Assembly (NCBI RefSeq): GCF_001194135.2
Contig: NC_068988.1
Location: 36,253,811-36,317,810 of the forward strand
Source of the DNA: Octopus bimaculoides
Lineage: Eukaryota
Direction of reading: 5' to 3'
Length of the DNA stretch: 64,000 nt
A program made the position numbers and the translations under genes. This document shows, one piece after another, positions 13,038 through 26,046 of this stretch. A model generated the notes under the pieces. That model did no database searches. It was not told where the DNA came from and was given only the letters and a program-made list of their open reading frames with translations. Numbering within the stretch: position 1 is the first letter of the stretch; the number at the start of each line of letters is the position of its first letter.

Positions 13038-14031
13038 TAATATAGGTAGAATCAACAAGAAAGTACTCCATCCAGTGAGAGATAACTATCTATGTCATAC
13101 AACTTTTGTGCAATCGTTAGAGTCATTCAACTTTAGGACACTATACCCCAAACAATCTAGAAATTGAATTTGCAATAAAAAACCCTCGTATATATATGAG
13201 CACGCGAGTGTAGGCGGGAGTTGCATGTCTTTCTTCCTTTGTATATACACGTATTAAAGTGTATGAATTAATACACCTCCATGCATTCCAAAATTAATTC
13301 AGCCAATAAATAAACGGAGATCGGTAACATCAGTAGGTAAGAGGCACAATTACTTGATTCGATTTCTAGTCGACTGATATTCATGATAGTGATGCGTCAA
13401 CATAGCTGCAGTCAAATGATCAGGAAATACTAGATGGATATTATGAACTACAGAAAACTTATCATAGATATCGTCAAATACAGTAGTTTTGAAAGCAGTG
13501 CATCTAAGCTTATAAAGAATATCCTCTAAACCAATTTATGTTTTTGTACACGTGTACTTTCACGCACTAATAATTTATTTTCAGTAAAATAGTAGATATT
13601 TGATTTTGATTTTCTTAATTATTGCCACATAAGTTAAGCCTCACTTCACACTGTTTTTACCAGATTCATCATTCCAGCTTCTCTATACTATGTATTGACT
13701 ATTATTATGAGGATTATAAACATGAAAGTCTATGATTTCACTGTATATTTGCAGTTGCTGCTCTAAATGTTAATACCACAACCAAATAATTATTTAACAA
13801 CAACTTATGTACTCTATTGAAAGTAGGTTTAAATTTTATTCCTTATCATGATTTCAACTGTCAGCAGTAAACTGCACAAATGAGTAATAGATTGAAATTT
13901 TATTTTCTGACTTAAAATTAGAAGTAACAATATTTAACTCTTTCCTAATGAGGAAGGCGTAACATTTGTTGTATTCTCTCTATATATATTATTGCAACGA
14001 CATTTAACTTATTGTAGCAATTTATTCTGTC

Positions 14032-14197
14032 TTGATGAAAGTGTTGATGAAAATTTTGATGAAAAATTTTGATGAAAATTTTGATGAAAATTTTTGATGA
14101 AAATTTTCGATGAAATTTTTGATGTAAATTTTGATGAAAATTTTGATAAAATTTTTGATGAAAATTTTGATGAAAATTTTTGATGAAATTTTTGAAA
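14032..14197. repeat. Minisatellite of about 12-13 bp units (TTTTGATGAAAA), about 13 copies
   Basis: Direct reading. Confidence 0.93.
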
Positions 14198-15883
14198 TGC
14201 CGATTCAGATTTCCGGAAGACGTTGTGTAGATATCGTAATCTATTTAATAGCGTAATATTATTTGCTTCTACAAACGCAACGCCAACTCTCTAGAATATT
14301 GAGAAATAAGTTTATTGTTTTTCATGACGATTACGCGGTGCATTTAACACCGGAATGGTTATGTTAGACACAAAATATCGGTGTTATGTTAACTGCATTC
14401 ACTATAATACACTATTTCACTCTCCTATTGAAAATACTTCTTTTGTCATCGCAGTTTCTCTCAGAACGCCCTGATTCTTATTATGAATTCAATAGTAACT
14501 CAAATATCTGAATTATTTTAGTTACTTTTCTTCAACCCACCATTCGGACTACATAATGGATTTTGTTCAATCAAATTACTGCAGGAAATGATGAGAATAG
14601 TCTTGATGTTCGTACCTCTACATATTGTAAAATTAATATAGTATCGTCAGGAAATAAAATTTTCTTTATTTGAGGTAGAAAAAAGTACTCGACTTAATAA
14701 ATTCCTATGGTTTTTAAAGTTAAAATTTATGACTTTTGCATACGTCAACAGTTAGTATATAATTATTATACTTTAATCTATGTTATTTCCGAAGTGGTGT
14801 TGGAATTTTGGTAGTTTTTAATTGTTGAAGTCTAGTAGCAAGAAAAGTTTAGTTAGTCGTAAGAAGGGATCGAAACCCTGGTATGAAAACCACTTAGTGC
14901 TTGCTTAATAGTCCTACAAATATAAAGTTTTACTACATAATACTCATTGTAAACTTAAATTTTAATAACTTATTGTGTAGTCTCTTGAATTAGCAGATAG
15001 TATTATATATTTTTTCCCCTTGTCGAAATAGATGAATGAAAATATCAACGCCTGGGAAAACTGAAATGAAATGATAAAAGGACTAGCGCATAGATTCTAA
15101 CAGTTTCAGTACAGCATCATAATCTTCACTTACATACAAACATGCCCAACACCAGCTCTACTGACACACTGTACGTGGTACATCGTCGCTACAGCTTTTA
15201 AAATTCACTGTGAAATATCCCACAACTTACTCCTTAAGCTAAAAAGGAAAGGACACTTTTTTTTTAAGCAGCCATAACTACTTCCAAGAAAAGTATGGTT
15301 ACGACCGCAATGCGTTTGATCATTGGTCGTTTTATCAGGGTACACTTAAGGTTAAGGACAAAGAAAAGTATCACACACTTTCTTTTTTTAGGCTGCAATT
15401 TTATTTTAGTAATTTGTAGCTGTCTGGTAATTTTATTAAATTGTTCATTTACACATTATTTCCTGCGAATAATATAATATTGTTAGTGTAAATTGATGTG
15501 TCTCCGGAGCTTACTTTCAGAAGAGTAAGATGTTTTGCGCCTGATTAAAAATTAATTTATTCAGCAATTTCTCTATGATTAGAAAAAAATTAGCTTTCAG
15601 TTGGTAGACAATTGTAGTCATTATTTACGCCGAAATAAAACAACCATAGCTATTTATGTTTATTTACTTTCTACAAAACAAAAAATGAATCATAAATAAA
15701 ATTAATCATAATAACTAATTACTTCTATACCTACGTCTTTGAGCCAAAATGATATATACAGAGTTACAACAATTTCTCTTAGAGAGAGTTATAACTCTGC
15801 TGGCTGCTTTTTGATTCTTGCTTCAGGCAATTCTATTCACGTACGACATATCATACACTAGAGAACTGAATGCGTCTTACATT

Positions 15884-16133
15884 ACTCTTTTACTTGTTTC
15901 AGTCTTTTGACTGTGGCCATGCTGGAGCACCGCCTTTAGTCGAGCAAATCGACCCCAGGACTTATTCTTTGTAAGCCTAGTACTTGTTCTATCGGTCTCT
16001 TTTGCCGAACCTCTAGGCTACGGGGACATAAACACACCAGCATCGGTTGTCAAGCGATGTTGGGGGGGACAAACAGACACACACACACACACACACACAC
16101 ACACANNNNNNNNNNNNNNNNNNNNNNNNNNNN

Positions 16134-16188
<55 letters not shown>

Positions 16189-16359
16189 CATATATACGAC
16201 GGGCTTCTTTCAGTTTCCGTCTACCAAATCCACTCACAAGGCATTGGTCGGCCCGAGGCTATAGTAGAAGACACTTGCTCAAGATGCCACGCAGTGAGAC
16301 TGAACCCGGGACCATGTGGTTGTTAAGCAAGCTACTTACCACACAGCCACTCCTACGCC
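15884..16359 (-). mobile_element. tRNA-derived SINE, family B, near full length and spanning an N gap
   Basis: Reverse complement starts ggcgtaggagtggctgtgtggtaagtagcttgc and ends in an aaacaagtaaaagagta tail. Confidence 0.9.
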
Positions 16360-17100
16360 ATTATCTAATTTTCTCATCTAAATACTTATGACATTTTTCT
16401 AAGTTAGAAATCAATGAAACCACGTATGTGTTAAAACAGATATTCGTAATATTGAATTTTTAAACAGAACATATTGGCACAAAAACGTTTGGATTTTAAT
16501 ACCCATTACAATCCAGTAATAAACGCTAAAAAGAAAATTAAAACAGGAGAAATATTTTAGTAATATGTATTTCTTTACTAAAGTGAATGATACATTTTAA
16601 AGCTGAATATATCATCAAAAGTATGACAATTATGAAAACATCGATTGGATAATATCGGCATTTTCTTCTTTATCTAATATATAATTTAAGATACAAACAT
16701 CTAAGACATAATCTAATGGTTTCTCATTTATTTGATATTAAATATTCTGCTAGAAAGAGAGAGGTATATTCATTTGAACTTTTTCAGAAAAGTACTTGAT
16801 TATATTAATTATATGATGTGTGAAATTATAAACGTGATTTGATTTGAACGTGTTATATAGAAATTTCCGGAATAACCGGATATCTATTGTCTTGTGCAGA
16901 TATTGTATATAAGAGAAAGTAACCGAGAGACAATAAATATCGACTTTGTAATTACGCGTGACTAGAATATTGAGGGAAGAGTTGGTCTCGGTTGAATGGA
17001 TTCTGCTTTATCTATGACACTTAAGGTATGTTTTATTTTGCAAAAGGGTTTGGTATACTGACACACTAAGTTGAATATAATGTACCACTCATATATACAT

Positions 17101-17345
17101 ATGTCTCTATTATAGGCATGCATATGTATTCGTATGTGTTCCTCTGTGTATATGTGTAAGTAAGCGTGTATGTTTATACTTGTGCACATGCGTGCATGGG
17201 TGTATGTGTATGCATGTATACACTTATATTTGTGTGGATGCGTATGTACGTGCATATTTCCATGTATTTATATACGTGATCTTATATGTGTATTTTATAC
17301 TAATATATACTTTTGTATATACATATATATGTAAATTTATTTTGT
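17101..17345 (+). repeat. 245-bp direct duplication, copy 1 (copy 2 at 19213-19457)
   Basis: The two copies look identical by eye. Confidence 0.92.
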
Positions 17346-19212
17346 ATATGTATATCTATATGTATATATACATGGGAATCGTCAATTAGTAATAAAATTA
17401 ATAATTAACAATTTTGCCAAGTAGTTCAGTATGAAAAAACCTTTATCGGTAGAACCATTTATAATCATAAATATACAGGGATTAGCATGAGTTGCTTCTC
17501 CAACATACTGAGAATTTAGAAATAGCAGTCAAAGAACTACTGATTCCAAACTACAATTTTTTTTCTCTAACGGATGGCGATATTTATGGCACACACAGAA
17601 CAAAAAACAGAAGAGAAAAGCAAAAACAAACCTGCCTTTAGTTAATTGGGTACGACGTTCCATGGTTAAGAGTATGAAGTTACCCTATTCCGATCTTCAG
17701 CCACAATATTCGAATAAATTTGAAAGTGTCTAATAAAAACTCATGTGAATTTTGACCATGCGACATCAAGACCACGTGAGGCAGGCACTTACGAAATTTA
17801 TCGNNNNNNNNNNNNNNNNNNNNNNNNNNNNNNNNNNNNNNNNNNNNNNNNNNNNNNNNNNNNNNNNNNNNNNNNNNNNNNNNNNNNNNNNNNNNNNNNN
17901 NNNNNNNNNNNNNNNNNNNNNNNNNNNNNNNNNNNNNNNNNNNNNNNNNNNNNNNNNNNNNNNNNNNNNNNNNNNNNNNNNNNNNNNNNNNNNNNNNNNN
18001 NNNNNNNNNNNNNNNNNNNNNNNNNNNNNNNNNNNNNNNNNNNNNNNNNNNNNNNNNNNNNNNNNNNNNNNNNNNNNNNNNNNNNNNNNNNNNNNNNNNN
18101 NNNNNNNNNNNNNNNNNNNNNNNNNNNNNNNNNNNNNNNNNNNNNNNNNNNNNNNNNNNNNNNNNNNNNNNNNNNNNNNNNNNNNNNNNNNNNNNNNNNN
18201 NNNNNNNNNNNNNNNNNNNNNNNNNNNNNNNNNNNNNNNNNNNNNNNNNNNNNNNNNNNNNNNNNNNNNNNNNNNNNNNNNNNNNNNNNNNNNNNNNNNN
18301 NNNNNNNNNNNNNNNNNNNNNNNNNNNNNNNNNNNNNNNNNNNNNNNNNNNNNNNNNNNNNNNNNNNNNNNNNNNNNNNNNNNNNNNNNNNNNNNNNNNN
18401 NNNNNNNNNNNNNNNNNNNNNNNNNNNNNNNNNNNNNNNNNNNNNNNNNNNNNNNNNNNNNNNNNNNNNTATATATATATATATATATATATATATGCAT
18501 GTGTGTGTACGTACGCACACCGTTCGTCCGACAATTTTGTTAAAATGGAACAGAAATAATGATATAATTGAAACTAGTTAAAGGATACACCTTTAAAAAT
18601 GGGTTTGTTTCATTGGTCCTTTCAATTAACAGTCTTAAGCATACAATGAACGAAATACATGAATTCAATATAAATTCATCCTATTGTAAAATCGAAGAAA
18701 ACCTTAAATCAAAGAGTGGATTCAAAATAGATATTGTAAATAATTATATACGAAATATAAGTCAATTAATACGTTAAAATTAAAATTATAAGTTTCACAC
18801 CCATACTTGACCATCTATAATATACATATATACAGCAAAATACACAGTTGCATGCACATAGTTACATACATATACAGGCATATATATGAATCTTGGACTA
18901 GTTATCAATCTCACTGGTTGATTTGTATTTTGTAATGCATGGTTAATTTTGCATCGCAAAGGTATTGTGTGTATTTCGACAAACTTCTCAAGAAAATCTT
19001 GGGCTGTTATATGTATATATTATTTTCATGTTTAAGATTTTATATTTATTTTTATTTCATTTTATTGTATTTTACAAACCCATTGAATCGTTATATTTAT
19101 AGATAATTCGATATATTTTTTTCCATTCTGCATGTCTTTTATCCGAATTTTTATTATTATACACTCAGAAATTTGTATATATACGTCAGGACCTTGATAT
19201 GTTTTTATGTCG

Positions 19213-19457
19213 ATGTCTCTATTATAGGCATGCATATGTATTCGTATGTGTTCCTCTGTGTATATGTGTAAGTAAGCGTGTATGTTTATACTTGTGCACA
19301 TGCGTGCATGGGTGTATGTGTATGCATGTATACACTTATATTTGTGTGGATGCGTATGTACGTGCATATTTCCATGTATTTATATACGTGATCTTATATG
19401 TGTATTTTATACTAATATATACTTTTGTATATACATATATATGTAAATTTATTTTGT
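19213..19457 (+). repeat. 245-bp direct duplication, copy 2
   Basis: Identical to 17101-17345. Confidence 0.92.
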
Positions 19458-20581
19458 GTACGTTTGTTACACATATTCTGTCACTTATCTTGCTTTCGTT
19501 TTTCTTTCCTTACGCAAAGTATCCTTTCTCTCCCTATTTGTAACTTTGATAGCTTTGCGTTCCTCTTCCCCCCTTACTTACCTCTTTCTTTCGCTAACTG
19601 TTACGCTTAGGATCCTTTTTATTTTCCTTTCTTTCCACCTCCCTACGTTTAAGATATACTTCCTACCTATCTTGTCTGTTACAACTGACTTTTATATGTA
19701 TACACCAAGAGATTTTCGTACGCGGGCAGGGTGGCGTGCATATATGTATATGTGTATATGTGTATTTGTACGTATATTTATGTGTTACATATATATGCCT
19801 GTATATGTATGTTACTATGTGCATGCATCTGTGTATTTGGATGTATATATGTGTATTATAGATGGTCTAGTATGGATATATATATATATANNNNNNNNNN
19901 NNNNNNNNNNNNNTATATATACTGTTGTAAAATATTTATGTAATGCAGCGTGAACATTTTAATTTTAATTTTGATGTATTATTCGACTTATATTTCATAT
20001 ATAATTATTTACAATATGTATTTTGAATCCACTCTTCGATTTAAGGTTTTACAATAGGATGAATTTATACTGAATTCATTTATTTTGCTCATTGCATGCT
20101 TAAGACCGTTAATTGAAAAGACCAATAAAACAAATCCGTTTGTAAAGGTGTATGCTTTAACTAGTTTTGGTTATATCGTTATTTCTGTTCCATTTTAACA
20201 AAACTATCCGACGAACGGGAAACTCTGCGTAACAGCTTTTGTTATATTTCTGCTTATTTTAAATAAAGCATATTGCGCTATCTCCGGTATTTGAGTACTC
20301 CTTTTTCCAATTTGTTTTACATTTATGTGCTTACTCCGGTATATATATATATATATATACATAATTGAGCGTGGAAGCCAATAAAAAACACACAAAAACC
20401 GTTCGATTCACTTCAACATTTAAATTGAATTTGCCAACATATTTTCGTCGCTTTGAGACCGCGACCTTTTCTCTGACAAAATTCCGGGCTGTTGGAACGT
20501 CAGAACCATTCTTGGAACAAGCAACTGTGTTCGTCTAGAACGCCAATCTGCTCTCACACTCCGCTCTCACGAACCGCTCAG

Positions 20582-22076
20582 TGTAGATATTGACATTGCA
20601 GCCCTTAACTGAGTCCGGTTCCGAAAGGAAGGAAACCAAAAAGAACACAGTGCCAGATGCACCCTGTATTGGTCAGGCAAACCCTCAAAAGAAAGTCACC
20701 TTTCAGGTGCCACCTTCATGATCACGAACTCCATCGCTTCCAAGCTGGAAACCCAACCAGCTGGACACTCTGAAATTATCATCTCTATGCGCTTCCCTCT
20801 GAAAAACAAAGAGCAAGCCTCGGTCTTCAGCGTTTACTCACCGATCGTCTGAGCAGACGCAGCACACAAGGACTATTTCTACTCAAACCTACGCAGACGC
20901 CTCAAGGGAAACACCGTCGGTGATAAGGTCATATTCCTAGGAGTCTTCAATGACAGAGTGGGCTGAAAAACGGAAACCTGGAAAGAAGTCCTCGGAAAAC
21001 ATGGGGTTGGGAACTGCAACGACATCGGGCGCCTCTTGCTTGAGTTTTGCACCTAAAATCAGCTCGTCATCACCAGTACCATGCAACCTGATACAATCTA
21101 GATGTATCCCGGATCAAAACACTGGCACCTCTAGTGCGGCAAAGAGACCAATCTGACGACATGCACAACCGAGTAATGCCTAGCACAGAATGCTATATTG
21201 GTACTCGCCTCGTCCGTGGCAAACTCAAACCTTACTTCAAGCCCAAACCAAGAAAGAGAAGACTGGTCAGCAGAAAAATGAAACCTAGTAGTCTGCAACT
21301 AGACGAAGTGAAAGTAAGCTTCCAGGTAGGCCTACAAGCAGAACTCAGTACATCGAATACGATGTACGCATCCAGGAATTACTAAAGAAGTGTTCTGCTC
21401 ACCAGGTACACCTGGAACAAACATGCTGCCCAGAGTAGAAAGCGGCCTTTCGCCAAGCCTGAATATTTCTGCAGCGCAAAGTTTGTGAGGTTCAGAATGA
21501 GTAGTGGACTAACATCCCACCTAGAACCCATCAATGAGTAGACACAGGTGACTATGAATATCCCAAGGCTGTTTACGGCCCAACACATCAATTCCGGAGT
21601 CCTATCCGCATCTCAGACAGACAGGATATTCTCACAGATACAGCATCCATCCTCAACCGCTGGTCTGTAGACTTTCAGGCCCTGTTCAGTGCAAACCGAG
21701 TTGTCTAGAAAAACACAGTCCTCTACATCCGGCAGCAGCCAGTCAGAATAGAACTAGATGAGCCTCCAACCCTCGAAGTGACCACAGTTGACACTGGCCG
21801 GCTGAAGAGTAGAAAGGCAGCTGGAGTTGATGGTATACCACAAGAGATATGGAAGTATGGTGGTTCTGTTCTACATGCTATACTCCTCATGATACTCGTT
21901 GCATACTGGGAGCATGTCAAGCTGCAACGAGTTCTCCGCAATGCTGTCACCATTACACTTGTGCATCAACCTGTTTTCCGCTGCAGGGGAGGTTCTAGCA
22001 AGATTAATTCTCAACAGACTTGTTCAGACCGTCGCCAGAAATCACCTCCCAAAAAGCCAATGTGGTTTCAGAGACA
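20582..22076 (+). mobile_element. RTE-clade (BovB-like) LINE relic: APE endonuclease and start of RT
   Basis: Broken frames give DIDIAAL..LYWSGKP, SVFSVYSP, DKVIFLGVFNDRVG, GKHGVGNCNDIGRLLLEFC, KAAGVDGIPQEIWKYGG and GEVLARLILNRL..LPKSQCGFR. Confidence 0.92.
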
Positions 22077-23614
22077 CTTTTGTTAGATAATTACAGGTGT
22101 TAGGTATGTAACGATGGCAATATGGTTGTAGTTTATATGTTTTCATTACTGTATACAACAGGGATTAGAAAAATAATTTAGGATACAACAAGTAAGTTTT
22201 CTTTTTTATCGACATTATATCATCAGTTCTATTTATTTAGAAATGTCACAGAAGATAAACATATCCAGAGAATCCAAGCTTATGTTAAGTTATAGTAATT
22301 AGTGTTTCTTAATAACATGGACTAATACTGCTATTTGAAATAGATTTTTATTACTAGATAATGGTAGAACTAATATTTATCATTAGATGATATTTCTAAT
22401 GGTTGAAAATATCAACTACCATTAATAGATAATATGAATAAATATCATCTATTAATATTTGCTTGAATACTTCGAAATTTAAGAATTTTAGTGAAGCATA
22501 TAGCCATGTATTCGTAAACAAAATATAAAAATAAAATAAAATGACATGTCTCAAAGAAGATAGTCAGTGTTTTGAAACTGTGATTACCGTTAAAATCAAG
22601 TTGACAAATAAAATAGAAATATTTAATAGTTTCATTATTTAACTTAGGCGTATCTTCATGTGAGAATCCTTTTAAGAGGTGTGAAATATGTTATATACTA
22701 GTAAATACACAGAATGTATGTCTCTAGATTCCTGAGGTTGTATGAAGATGCCTTAGTGTATCAACATCAGAGCAGCACTACATTAGAGACTTTCAAAATC
22801 TGAAACCACGTCGTAGAGTCTCATTTACCGTTATTCATCCTATATACTACACAACTTATGCATTCAAATTATTTCAACTCAAAATCAAATACTAGTTATA
22901 TATACTATGATATTGTCCTAAACTGATTCAAAATAGAGTAACATCAGCAACATATGCATTGAAAACTGAAAACGAAGATTTTAGTAGTTTTCTTTGTAAG
23001 AGCCATCATGTTTATTAAATACTGTATCAAACCAGAGAGAATCGTATTAAGTCTAGAGGAATCAATATTTGAATAAGAAGACTTAATATATCTCTATAAA
23101 ACTAAACTCTCTCACTCTCTTTATTATCATATCGAATTACTAAGAATTTAAATTAGGAAACAGATTACATAAAAAGAAATGAAAACAAGACAATAATTAA
23201 AATAGCTATAAATGAAATTCTCAAGAAACATACGATTTATGGATAGCTAAAAATAATCAATAAATATTAAAAGATGACTTGAAATATCGATAATAATTAT
23301 TAGATATAATTTGATATTCAAATCTGTGAGCTGAATTAATATATATTTCCATTTCTCACCATCGTCACGATATATATAAGTGTTTATGCGCGTGTGCGTG
23401 TGTGTGCATGTGTATGCGCCCGCTTTTCCATGGTTGTGTGCGTGTGTGTTTGTGCTTGTGTGTGTGTGAGTGCGTGTGTGTATGTATGTGCGTGCGTGTC
23501 TTTCTTATGTATGTATACACCTATATAGATATTATAAATATGCATATACATACATACACAGACATACAGATATATCTGTACATGCATACATAAAGACATA
23601 CATACATACATACA

Positions 23615-23645
<31 letters not shown>

Positions 23646-24385
23646 TAATATGCCTATCTTATGAATTTGATTATCAGCTTTTCGAAATAACTTTCCGACT
23701 TATATTAGAAAAAAACATTAAAATCATTATTGGGTTACCACACGCATTACCAGAGCTAATATACAACTTAGATGCGAGTGTGTGTACCTGTGTGACTGCG
23801 TGTATAATCATACATATATATATACCGATAAATATATACACATGGATATCTGTATCTATATGTATATTTATCTATCTCTTTCTCACTCTCTCCATATACA
23901 TGTAAGTATTAAGTCAGAGACGGATGAGAAACTAATACACGATATATTATCACCAAAAGCTGTTATGTATGAGCACAGATGTTAGTGTTCGCAAGTTTTA
24001 GTTTTCACGTTACCAGCGAATATGAACGGAATAAGCTTTGGTTTGAAATCAAAGCAAGAATCATAAGAAAAAATAAAACAGATATAAATTAAGGGCAAGT
24101 AAAAAAGGGTGTGAAGCAGCGATTGCACCGAATGATTAAAGTAAAGAGTACATAGATCACAGTCATGTAGTCAATCGTATACAGATCTGTGTAAAGGCAA
24201 CTTTTGAAACACTTTTAAGGCTGCAATTTCTGACAAAACGTTTTACCAACACACTAGAAAATATGAAGGTCGATAATGATTACTGTTGATGCTTCAGATA
24301 GGCCGAGATCAGACGACATAATCGGTAGTTTAGTATACTTCTATATCGGTATGTAAGTACATATATGCCGCTTCTTGCGGTGAAT

Positions 24386-24517
<132 letters not shown>

Positions 24518-25282
24518 CGCACGTGTGTGTATGTGTTTGTGCAAAGCTCTGATAGGGAAGTAACATGAATATCGTAAATTATGCAAATTGATTATTTTCA
24601 ATTATCTTTGATTGCATGGATCTCATTGTACTTTTAAAACTTCACACACGTCTGTATATGTTTGTGTGGGTTGACGTTGTTAGTTGAAAGGAAAGTCATA
24701 TATAAAATGTACACAAATAGATCAATTCAAGCTGAATTTACAATTTAATTAAAATCATGTAAATTATTTACCGCACGTAATGCACAATGCAAAGTTATGT
24801 AGTATTGTATAGTAAAATGTACACAGTTTCAACCACTGGCGTAAATGATTATATTAAATTTTAACCTTTTTAACTGTAGGCTGTACTGTTTCAAACTAGA
24901 TTTCTAATTGCGGTTAGTAGAACATAGCCGTTTTATTTATTTGTGGAGTGATAAATGATTAAGTCATCTTAAGTGATATTTAAAGACACAATGTTAACAT
25001 ATACAAATTTATACTGCAAGAAATCGTCAAATTATTGGTCTACATAAATTATGAACTGAGAATGAGAAAGATGTGGTTAATTGTGGCAACAGAGAATTTA
25101 ATAAAAAATGTGCATTGTTAGTAAACACTTGAGTAACAAAATAGAGAAATATAGAATACACTTGGGATCCGTTTATTTCTGAAAACAGCCGCCCGAAAAT
25201 AACTCAGTATACATATACGCTTAATGTAATTAAAAGAAACTTGGACACATAAGTACAATGGAGATGTATGTATGTATGTATG

Positions 25283-25319
<37 letters not shown>

Positions 25320-25669
25320 NNNNNNNNNNNNNNNNNNNNNNNNNNNNNNNNNNNNNNNNNNNNNNNNNNNNNNNNNNNNNNNNNNNNNNNNNNNNNNNNN
25401 NNNNNNNNNNNNNNNNNNNNNNNNNNNNNNNNNNNNNNNNNNNNNACTCACAAAAGGCAAAAACAAGAAGAAAAAACAATGAAAACTAACCATTCCGAAG
25501 GTTAACTATAGACGCGTTTCTGGATTATGAGTGGTACTCAGTTTCCTTCATCAATACGATATTCCAGCAGTAAATTCGACTATGCTAGCAAACTGTGCAA
25601 GCATGAACGAGTAACATTCCACACCGACACAGATCTGAAAGCATAACCGAATATATATATTTCAACCTT

Positions 25670-26046
25670 GTGGAGGCGCAATGGCCCAATGGTTAGGGCA
25701 GCGGACTCCTGGTCATAGGATCGCAGTTCCGATTCCCAGACCGGGCGTTGTGAGTGGTTATGGAGCGAAAACACCTAAAGCTCCACGAGGCTCCGGCAGG
25801 GGATGGTGGCGAACCCTGCTGTACTCTTTCGCCACAACTTTCTCTCACTCTTTCTTCCTGTTTCTGTTGTGCCTATAATTCAAAGGGTCAGCTGTGTCAT
25901 GCTGAATATCCCCGAGAACTACGTTATGGGTATACGTGTCTGTGGAGTGCTCAGCCACTTGCACGTTAATTTCACGAGTAGGCTGTTCCGTTGATCGGAT
26001 CAACTGGGACCCTCGACGTCGTAAGCGACGGAGTGCCAACAACAGC
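25670..26046 (+). mobile_element. Full-length tRNA-derived SINE, family C, with 13-bp TSD
   Basis: Head tggaggcgcaatggcccaatggttagggcagcggact..ttccgattccc. TSD atatttcaacctt at 25657-25669 and 26047-26059. Confidence 0.93.

Noticed and set aside
22230-23110. Possible very old Penelope relic (C..PFKRCEIC)
   Set aside because: Too degraded to support by eye
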